This document shows, piece after piece, positions 53,364-64,000 of a stretch of DNA of 64,000 bases. The notes under the pieces are model-generated. The model had not been told where the DNA came from. It did not search any database and worked only from the letters and a program-made list of their open reading frames with translations. The translations under genes were made by a program, and so were the position numbers. Source of the stretch: Trichoplax sp. H2 (taxonomy: Eukaryota); assembly GCA_003344405.1 (NCBI GenBank), contig NOWV01000029.1:372001-436000 (forward strand), read 5' to 3'. Each line of letters begins with the position of its first letter. Positions within the stretch are counted from its first letter, which is position 1.

Positions 53364-56103
53364 ATGTCAACGCAAAATCGAAATCCAAGTCATAACAGCG
53401 ATGCAAAAAAGACTGGTGAAGCAACTAAAACCTCTCTCAAAGATGGTAGTTCTGTAACCAAGAGGTAAGCGATAAAGACGAGTAGGATGTACGATCGGCG
53501 CTTTGAAGGTTCCGTTGTAGTTTAAAAAATTTCTCTATTCACCCGTTTATGCATTACGCGATACTGTAGGATTATGCTTAATTTCGATGTACTGTATATA
53601 TTCTGCCATAGAATTATTTTTTTCTCTGTGTTTAGCGTTTACATCAGTAATTGAAAAAATTTTCCGATGGTCATCTTGATGTGTATCAATCGGTGTACGC
53701 CTAGTTGGGGTTTATAGCTTATATACGAGTACAACTGATCCAACGTATTGTATAGTAGAATTTGAGTAGTATTCTGATGCTTAGACTTTCCAATTACTGC
53801 ATATACACCCTGTATCAAGATATTTGACATGTCTTATTTTAGTAGCCCTGTTTGGTAAATTAGATCAATCTTTCGTTGCTGTAGTATTAACCAATAGTTA
53901 CTTAATTGATCGCTTCTTGATTCTCATTCATACGTGGATCATCTTTAAACTAGGTTGCAACGGGAACTGATGACTTTAATGGTAAGTTTATTACTTATTA
54001 TATTTATTTATACTGCAGATATGAATACTGTACCATTTCTTAATTGTTGAACGGAGAGCTCAAACTAGGCTATAGAGCAATATTTTAAAGATAAAAACTT
54101 TTCTATAGTACGTATCTCTGTATCTAGCAAATATCGTGAAGAATTTTTTCTACGTTACAATTTAGGATTGATTTGTATAAATAGCAACAAACTTTGTGCT
54201 CGGTGTGTTGCTAATAATAATACAATTAGTTAGAAAGTTAGTTCTGTAACGTATATATTCTTGCTTGAAATGTCTGCAATCGCAATTAATGCTCCAGAGT
54301 TGATGCCTTTGCAAATTTCGTATGCCGCTTGATTTGTTGTGTTGATTAATCCTAACCGTAAAACAACTACTGCAAAAATATGACGATGAAGGAATATTAA
54401 GAGATCTTGCGAGTTGTTATTAGTATTTTCAATGCTATTACTCTATTTATCAATTGACCTAATACTTTCCAGATGTCAGGAGATTATGGTATATCTGCTT
54501 TCCCTGACAACAATAATATGTTTCGGTGGATTGGTACTATTATTGGTGCGAAAGGAACTGTAAGTAACACCATTTTAATTTGCTTTCGTATTAAAGCTCT
54601 TTTCCTCGTAACGTTTATACGTATGTGACAAAATCGACAGTCGACTCTATTTCTCTATGCTAGATTATTTTCTCCCGTAATTATGTGCTATAATTAGGCA
54701 ATCTGTTTGTCACATTAGGTTTACGACAGTCTAGAGTATAAATTAACCCTGGAATTTCCAAGCGGTTATCCTTACAAAGCCCCAACAATTCGCTTCGAAA
54801 CACCTTGCTATCATCCTAACGTTGACCAATGGGGTAATATATGCTTGGATATATTAAAGGTAAACTAACTCTATTCCTAAGATTCATAATAGTAACAAAT
54901 TTACTACATTGACGTAGCATATTGTAGATAAAATTATTAAGATCGCCGATGACAAATTGCAGGTGCAAGATGGTTTATTTTATCAATTTATGTCTGTAAT
55001 ATTATAATTCTTGCGATAGAAAAAAAGTATAAAAAATCGTATAAATGTAAAATTTATAAGAAATGAGTAAATTATATGGGTCCCTTTTAAGGCTTTAGAT
55101 GTGGCATTGGACTGCAACGGGCCCTGTACCTATCTCGTACTTATTAGTTTGTAATGTTAAGATGTAACAGTTTGTGGTTATAAATATAATTTATAGTATG
55201 GAGAAATTGTTTTATCAATAATATGCATTGGGACTTAGTTCATAATTAGTGGGTATGTCATCGTCAATTTTACTGTTGTCACATCTGCATAGGGATATGT
55301 ATGCAGAGACATGCATCAGGGTACTTAATCAATTATAGAATACAGTTAGTTGCTATTTATTTTCGTGTAGTCTTTGAGTCAAAGTGATTTTTAAGTTGTA
55401 GAATGTAATTACGGGAGATTTAAAAATTCGTTATTATTATACTATAGGAAGAATGGTCTGCCCTATATGATGTAAGATCAATATTAGTATCGCTCCAGAG
55501 CTTGTTAGGAGGTATGTTGACTATATTTTCGCCTATCGTAGTAGTGATTATCATGACCATTGCAAAGAAAAAAGATTTAATTTTCTCAAAGTTCATTACT
55601 GACGTTAATATTCTTAAATAAAATCGGTAATTTTAGAGCCAAATGTTAAAAGCCCATTGAATACCCAAGCTGCCAGCTTATGGGAAAATCAAGAAGGTAC
55701 TGTTTGATCTAATGATTGATTATATAAAGTTGGTTTTTAAGGTATTATTACCAAAATATCTTCACGTACGAATTACAGCTTGCAAACAGATAGTTTTAAT
55801 AATTACTTCGCTGTAAATCATTTTACATAGTACTGTATTAGTTTAAACTGTACAGTATCTCTTTAAAAATCGGTAAATATCACAAAATATGTTCGATTTC
55901 TGGTTTAAGTTTGGTAATGGAGATTTATTGATGATGTAATAAGCTAAAAAGGCTAAAAATATCAAGAGCCGAAATTTGTCAAGAATTTTCTTAACTATAG
56001 ACCTTTACTTTCTTTCATTGGTATATTTTAATTTGTTGTAGAATACAAGAAGGTGTTATTGGAAAAATACCGCAGTGCTACCTCTCAGTCTAAATCAAAA
56101 TGA
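53364..56103 (+). CDS. UBE2C: Ubiquitin-conjugating enzyme E2 C (7 exons)
   Basis: MSTQNRNP...GSSVTKR|LQRELMTLM|MSGDYGISAFPDNNNMFRWIGTIIGAKGT|VYDSLEYKLTLEFPSGYPYKAPTIRFETPCYHPNVDQWGNICLDILK|EEWSALYDVRSILVSLQSLLG|EPNVKSPLNTQAASLWENQE|EYKKVL...* (TGA 56101-56103). HPN motif and catalytic Cys are intact. Confidence 0.97.
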
Positions 56104-56846
56104 AGCCTTGTGAATCTCATAATTATTATTCAGAATGATTTTAAGATTGTACATAATGGGGTATCTGCAACAAATTTGCTTTGAAAATAATCGTATATGT
56201 TATGTTGGGCTAATTTAATCACTTTTATTATGAATGTATACTTTTATATCTGCCCTTTAGGTAGTCTAGTTACATGTTGGATTGTAAAAGTTTATCTTTG
56301 CTTGAGTAGAAATTGGTATATATGCGTATATCGTATATGCAAATTCGACGGCAATGTAGTTCTGGATGTGTTTTTATGCCATTCGTCATTATCACTACTT
56401 TATCACTAAAATGATTTTTCATTTGTAAATTAAAACTGCTATTTCTGAGTGAAATTTTGGTAAGAATACATATACGTGTATATGACGGTATGTTTAAGGG
56501 TATTTTATAATATCACAATACAACTGTTATACTCTACTCGGATGTAATCATACCTGTATACCTATAGTGTATCTACATCGAGAGAGAAATGGAATAATGC
56601 TGAATTGAAACAATAAATACGTGCATCATATCAAATACAAGCGCAAAGTAGCATAACTCCAAAACAATCTTCATGCAATTTAATTGATTGTTTATTAACA
56701 GTAGGCCGACATCAAGAGCACGCAAACGAGAAAATATATATTGCAACCAATAGATACAAATATTGAAGGGTAATTTTGTACTGTACAGTACATGCAAATG
56801 TCATTGTTAAAAGATAATGTAATCATTTCATCCAAGCATAGTAATT

Positions 56847-59800
56847 TCAACATTCTAATATCTTATCTATACTAGCAAACGCACACGATCCTATACCAGC
56901 TTTGGCCATTTTTTTTAGACACCCTTTCGCATGACTCACAATTACTTCTAATGCAGGTACTTTCGACATGTTTTGTGCCTCTATTAAAAAGAAAGTAAGA
57001 TTATGTGTTAAAAACGTCATATACAGCACTCGTTAATAAATGTCCAGCATTACTAAAGAACGTTTGAGTTACGAAATATATTGCACTACTTGTAAGATTA
57101 TTTCCTACAACAGTTGGAGAACTATTGATCTATAATGCACACCTAAGATAGCACTATTGAGAGCATAATATATTGGCTCCCGTTCTTTATGATTTAATAA
57201 GTGTGCGAACGGACTAGACCAAGGATCTTTATAAGCCAGAAGAGAGAAAGCATCCTAAATATTAAAATTCAGTAAAATGTGACGGTTCAATTTATATATG
57301 TACAGTAAATGGTATTCCCATTATGGAAAAGAAAATTAGTCCATAAATTACCTTAAGTATCGACCCGTCAATTTCATCATCTGTAGGTCCTTCCTTTTTA
57401 AGTTTGTCGTACATTGCATTTAAATTTTTACCAAATGACAATAATTGTTTAAGAAAGTTGGTTGAGCTGCTTTCATCGTCATCATCTAAAAAATTGAAAA
57501 GAAAGTGTTGGTTGCGGCTACTCAACAATGCACTGATCATATACTGTTATATCGTAGAACGTAGAATAGATACTTGCCTTGTTGATTACAGCCAGGCGTA
57601 ATACCATTCATATGATCGTTCGCATCCTTGCCGTTTATTTCACATGTTTTTTCATCGTCTATTTCCATTACGGAATCGTCGTTAATACTCGAATTAAAAC
57701 CATTTTGAGATGAACTGTTTTCACATTTAATATCTGTTTAAGAAAGGAAAGTTAGCTATAAAAATTCATTCTTGTAAAATTGAACAAGCTGGTAGATAAT
57801 TAACCTTGTGAAATGTCATTGTTAGAAGATGAAGCTAGGGTATTATTATTTGTATTAATGCTATTAGCAGAAGTACTATTTGCAGATGAACAGGATACGG
57901 TATCGGAACCATTAATCGCTTCAATAAACTGGCGCACTAAAAGTCGAATATGTAACCATGGTTTATTAGATAAAATGGTCGGATAATTTTTTTCCGTTAA
58001 ACAAATTGCTTCACTAATTTTGCCATCCATAATCAGAGCTTGAATTTCTGATGTATTTAGGAAAAAGAAAGGTTTTATTAATTCATTAATATCAGTAATT
58101 GTTATAAAGTATCGTTAGTAATCACTAATGGAACATTTATCACATTTCGTATCAGTGAAAAGAATATTCTATACAAATGGTCTTTATACTTTGTCTATTT
58201 TCTATAGAGGCAGTTTCCTCTTTATAAGACTGTCCAGTTATAGTGGCAAATGTTTCACAAGTTGCACTGTATCCGTGGTGCACAAGGTAGTCAATAATCA
58301 CTCTAAATGTAATATATATCTTAATTAGACATAATATATATATTATGCTTTTCTATGCTATGATCTTTCAGGTATAGCATTATACTTGTGTAGCATAGCT
58401 TGCACGGAGTTGCCTTCACTAGTTATTGGCGTACTAAGAACACTTTGGGATACTTTCATTCGTGTTTCCTTAAATTATTAAGCATAATAAATAAATAGTG
58501 TTACTTCTAACATAAAATCATTTAACACTTGATATGGTAAAATCAAAAGTCGTGATTAGAAGTACTTGTATCTCATCTTCTATGTTGTAGAGAAAAGGCT
58601 CTTGGCCGAAATTTGTATCTACAATTTCACCATTAGTTTGCATTCCAACAGTTGGATACAGGTCATGCTAGAATATTATGAAATAGGAAGATATTAGAAT
58701 TTACTACAAAATTGAATAATATACAGTACATCATAGCGAATTAAAACTTACGGGTAAATCCGAGAAGACAGTCCCTGTATACAAAATATTAAAAAAATTT
58801 TGTGATTTAGATTTTAACTTATAACACATCGTAAGAAAAATTCATGATTTAAATTTTAACTAGTAACACAAACATGATATAAAAAATTTGCTATTTACGT
58901 ACTATAGTAATTACTTTAGGAAGAGAGGTTAAAAAAGTAAATAAAATCTACAATCTACAATTATGTGCGTCTTGCTTCGATGATATCAATTTAGATCATG
59001 ACAGGTTGACAGTGTTTTTTAGTAATTTGCTGTTAACAAGATTTCTAGGAACGTGTGATTAAAAAGAGATAAACTCTTAATGTAGTACAAAAATTTATCA
59101 TACCTAAATTACGTCCATTCTTAGTGTAGAAGCAGGTATTATGAATAAAATTAATACCACAGCCGATGACATCGCCTGTAGTAAAAGTCGGTCCATAAGG
59201 ATCGCCTTGACTTTGAGAATTGAATGAGTGGCCATCATCACCATGATATCCAAATGTATGCTTTTCCCATCCTATATTAAAAAGTGAGCATTAAATGCGA
59301 TAAAAAATAAAACTTGTACAATTACCTGCAATGACAAGTATAGAGTAGCGATCATTACCTGGTAATCGGTTAAGATTTGAATTATGAACTGATAAACCAA
59401 TACCTATATATCTGCAGAAATCCCAAAAATATCATATTTAACTTCAAGTAGAGAGATACAGTCATACAGTAGACACTTCTAATAATTATAATAAATTAGC
59501 AGTCACATTTGGCCAGTTCATTTAACAGATGCAGTCCTATGATTTAACGTAATTCACTTTGAATTGCAACACTACATAAATGTCTATGTAAGTAAGATTA
59601 CTTTTCAGATTCTTGTAAGCAATTCAAGTTTGCCTATCTTAAAACTTAATTAAGTCTAAAGTAACTAATCCATCAATAAGTTTATTATCGTGGTACGCTT
59701 AGCGCTATATGTGATTAAAATTAATTTCACATATCAATTGATTAATCTCTCATTTAAGCGATACTACAGATAAGCCTATATTGAGAAAGTACTATCGCAT

Positions 59801-62753
59801 ACATTGAGATTTTAAGATTGAAGGATAGGACAGTATAATTATCTTTATTATCTAGTCAATCGAAGGTAGTATTATATTCATTACGAGTAACTGTAGGATA
59901 TACAGTCTTTTAAGGTGTATTTGATCCAAGATTTTACAGTGTATCGTATTAATTTAGTGTTAACTTACCCATCCTTGCCTTTGCTGACTATTTTAACTTC
60001 ATAATAATAAATACCACAAGCTGGAGAAATTGGATAAGTTGCCCTTACCGAAGCAGCATCTTTATGAGGTTTATTAGTGTTATTACCTAGATGTTAAAGT
60101 CAAAATTTTCAAAGTTTTAGAAAAATACATTACCTTTATCTGTAATGAACGATAATTTATCGAAATTTTTTGCTATTATTAATTATCTAATATATAATCG
60201 TATTAAGTATTATAGCTACTTAGAGTATAGGGGATGTATAGTGCTATCGCAATCAGATACTTTGATATTTTAATCATAATCTTTTATGTTATCTATTGTA
60301 CAATTATGACGAAAGGCAATTGTAGCATGGAAAAAGTATTTATCTACAATATTTGTATTTTAAAAATATTGTATTGAAAATTTATCGTTATGCCTATGCA
60401 CCTAGCTACAGTATAATCTCATTATAGAGTAACGTCATAAGGAGATGTACTCATTTCTATTTAGCATTTCTTCGTTAGTATACTGTAATTAATATTTTTT
60501 CAGTATTATTATAGTACTATAGTGCCTGGAGTAATTTATATTATCCCTTGTTAATTAAAGGACTCCTCCGTCCTCCGCAAATAGTTCAACGATTTCATTG
60601 ACAGTTTCGATTACTCCATGATAAATACTATGAGTTTTACATTGTTTCACTTGATGATATCTAGAAGTACAGCAATCAGTATGCGATCAGCAGTAAATGA
60701 AAATTGAGCATTGACGGAAAGAATTCAGCATGCTATCGTGGATGGAATGTACGAATTGTTCTTTCAGTTGTTGGAACTGACTACCGGACAAACGCGTACA
60801 CTACTCCACATCAGTTATATGTAAATGTATAAGATATATACTGTACGCGTATATTATGTGTTATCTCCCAAAGTCGAGTAGACTTGAAAATTTAATTTCA
60901 TCCTCATTTTACGTCGATTTATAGGATCATACAGTAGAAAATGCCATGCTGACGACAGCGCTCAATCAGTACTCTTGCATTTGATTATACTGTATGGAAG
61001 TACTGTTCATTACTGACAGTAAGATGATATTACGCGTACAGTAGTCAGCAAGCTAAGTCAACTATACAGTACAAGAACTAAAAGTTTACACAAGTAATTG
61101 TTACGTAGGAATATTTTCTACTACATATGCGGACGTATACTGTACATATCGATCCCTAGAATAAAGTCCTTCTAAGCGTATACGCGCATATAGAATTTAT
61201 TAGAACGCACTTCCACCGTATGAACTACAGTGTTGCAGAAAAGCTGATCAAGACCGATTCTAAACTTGCTAGTACCATGTACTGTATACATTTCCTTTTT
61301 CTAAAGTAAAGAATTCAATCTTGACGTCTTCTATTTTGATACAAGTATTTCTACCGTCGAGAAGACACTATGTACCGTAAACTATTGTCGAAAAGCTATC
61401 GAGTACTGCATCTTGACTTGCAGTTCGTGTTTGCATTCTATCTTCAAGTTTGGTAAAATGCTTTTCTATTGCGAAGAGTTACAGAAAGCTACTCAGTATT
61501 GACTCTTGACATGCTGTAGGGTAATTAAAATAATTCTATCGTGAAGAAGTAGTCTTGATACCATCCTAAAAGTTTGTAGATCAGCATTTTAAGCGTGAAT
61601 TATTATTGCTAGTCATTGAAAAGCTTGATACTGCTGCGGTGAACGTATCTTACAGAAGTAATAGGACATTATCAGAAGACCCTTTCGTTCCTGCTGTACA
61701 GTGTACAGTATGGAACTGCTTATCCGTACTGTAGCATACAAAGTCATAAAGAATAATAAAATACTCGACGTCTGAAGCAGCACTCAAGTAGTTTGCAATT
61801 GTGCTCATGCAGGGAACATATTTATTACAGTATTGTACTGTACAGTACTGTTGTAACAGTAGCACTAGCGCATCAATCAATCAATCGAATGTAAGAACGA
61901 ATTTTGATACGGATTAAAAGGATTCGTCAGTCAAATTTGCAAAATAAGTAATAAAAAATATTTTGAATGTAGTCTCCGTTTTACTTTATGCATTTTTCTC
62001 TACAAGCCGTTTATAGTATAAAGTAAGTAGTATTTATTAAATTGTACAGTGATATTTATAACGATGTCCAATTGACTTGATTCGATATTTTAGTAGCCTA
62101 GATCGATCTTTTTTATTACAGTATACGGTAGGTGTAGAAGCCTGTATTTTAAGGACATTTACGTCGGATCGAGGAGTCAGTGTCAATGGTTGTGTATCAT
62201 GACTGCATGTTCAGTGATACTTTTTTTATTTTATGTGTCACCTATTGGAAACATGGATGGCGTATCTTACAGTTGAATGGATTTGATCTCGATGATCAAA
62301 ATCGTAATATCCATTTGCAGGGTAGTCTTCTATGTTTACCCGATGGAATTAAAATGTCGCAGCACCGATCTCTATACGAATGCATCACAGACAACCGATC
62401 CAGTACTGTATCATGTATACGTATGTCGGTGTCGAGCAGAGGCGTCGATTACCAGTACAACACTTAGAATACCTTATAGCATTGGTGTACGGTACACGAA
62501 ATGTTTTGCATACAAATATAAGATATAGTACACTGTAACTTGGTACAGATAACAAGCTATTTTGCTAACCTCTATATTGAACACGAAGATTGTCTTGCGA
62601 CAAAATAATGAACTGGCATCTTTCACGCGGACTCCATGCTCGTGGTAAAGGAGATAAAGATTCATCAACATTAGGATATAGCTGTGAAATTCGGTCGGGT
62701 GGAATAGCCTTTGCTATTTTCGAGCGCTGCCAACCTACTTTCGTCAAAGACAT
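56847..62753 (-). CDS. RANBP9: Ran-binding protein 9/10 (SPRY-LisH-CTLH-CRA; CTLH/GID E3 complex scaffold)
   Basis: [22 protein letters not shown] (exon 1) | [33 protein letters not shown] | YIGIGLS...NRLPG | [16 protein letters not shown]...[13 protein letters not shown]...YTKNG | [22 protein letters not shown] | [15 protein letters not shown] (LisH) | GKISEAI...RQFIEAING (CTLH) | [15 protein letters not shown] (CRA) | ...[16 protein letters not shown] (TGA 56849-56847). Confidence 0.96.
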
Positions 62754-63613
62754 CTCGCCTTAACAAAAAGTCCGTACGAAATGAAGAACGTCACCACTGT
62801 TATTGTATTTTCAATATTTTGATATCAAGCAGTAGGATTTTGGACGTCACTTGCAGGTACAGTCAGTATCCGTTCATTGACTCCTTTTCAATGAAATGCT
62901 TGTAGACTACAATACACTGAGCTGGACGGTATGAATTGAATCAACCTACACGGTACAGTACTGTACTGTATGTACAGTACAGTAGTGTTACAGTAATGAA
63001 TACAGATTGAACGAGTTCACTAAAAAGTATCGTACAGTACTGTACTGTACTGTACGGTAGTGAACAGCGGACAGTGACGTACTGTACTGTACAGTTCCGG
63101 CTGTTCCGTACGGTACAGGTCATCGTGTCAACCTATTGGGTTGAAAGTGATTATGGTCAATCGCAACGTCAATCGCAACGTCAATCGCCTAAGTAGCGAT
63201 CAATGAGTCGACGATATCCAAGTACACTACAACTAGTCATACAGTACTGTAACTACGGCATTGTCAGTTTACTGATGACGACATACTGTACTCTGGAACT
63301 CTACGGTATTCAAACCAATGGAGAACCCGATTTAATTATAACACCATATTGACAATATTGAATTGGCAGCGATGGTACTGAGTTCAGTAAGGCAAAATTT
63401 TCTTTCTTTTACAAGAGAAAATCATCAATAAAAACGCTATGAAGAACACATTCATTGTACAATCACTACAATGGTCGTGTCAACCGAATACGAAGTGATC
63501 GTACGTAATCGAACAGCACGAGCGAATCGATACTTCAGGCGTCAACTATTACTGTGCATTGACTGTAGGGATGTTATTTTTACAGTTGCTAAATTTGTAT
63601 TCTGTTAGTAAAT

Positions 63614-63698
63614 GGATCTGATATAGGCTTGGACAAAATATTGTACATAGACGAGCGGATCTGATATAGGCTTGGACAAAATATTGTACATAGACGAG
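63614..63698. repeat. Perfect 42-bp direct duplication with a 1-nt spacer
   Basis: GGATCTGATATAGGCTTGGACAAAATATTGTACATAGACGAG at 63614-63655 and 63657-63698. Confidence 0.97.
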
Positions 63699-64000
63699 TA
63701 ATTACAGCAATTCAGACCGGTTATAAATTAATTAATCACAGTATCTTGACCACGGATTATTGCAGCTTTTATGGCTACCTTTCATACAGCCATAGACTAC
63801 AAGAAAAAGATCCAGGTCTTGTAGTCCATACAGTACACTGATGAAACACTGCTGTAGATTGCAAAATGTGATCCTTAGTACAGTATCATGCAGAGTCTAC
63901 CAATCCGTCTATTCTACTGTACATACTGTGCAATAAGTTGATGAAAGTATACTGTATACAGTACGTGCGGAGGTATACGAGTGCTGATTATTGCATTGGA

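Noticed and set aside
53340..53366. Acceptor-like AG just before the ATG of UBE2C (also CEP72 and RANBP9), suggesting SL trans-splicing
   Set aside because: AG after pyrimidines is common, cis donors explain the DHRS1 and TPPP-like cases, and there is no transcript evidence.
52948..53395. Tyr/Cys/Thr/Val-rich short ORFs (also 61650-61880 and 62941-63123)
   Set aside because: They are translations of TACAGT/ACTGTA low-complexity DNA.

Overview
AT-rich, intron-dense animal genomic DNA with short intergenic distances and three 20-N scaffold gaps. The style suggests an early-branching metazoan such as a placozoan; this is inference and cannot be proven from the window. Eight spliced protein genes were read exon by exon: two tandem DHRS1-like SDRs (minus), CEP72/LRRC36 (plus), a divergent TPPP/p25alpha-like gene with a long acidic tail (minus), POLR2C (minus), a Slo1/BK-type K+ channel (plus), UBE2C (plus) and RANBP9/10 (minus). 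Many local tandem repeats are also present. Highlights: (1) a GC-rich 45-bp GU-compatible hairpin in a CEP72 intron, directly after a perfect CTAACCCTAAC telomerase-template-like motif; (2) a convergent CEP72-TPPP gene pair matching the human CEP72-TPPP and LRRC36-TPPP3 pairs; (3) a BK channel with intact Ca2+ sites but lacking the R213 gating charge and the Mg2+ site, with a near-perfect RFX X-box upstream; (4) an intact DHRS1 paralog whose catalytic Tyr is Leu; (5) a U12-type intron in CEP72. Most entries in the supplied ORF track are exon fragments or spurious.
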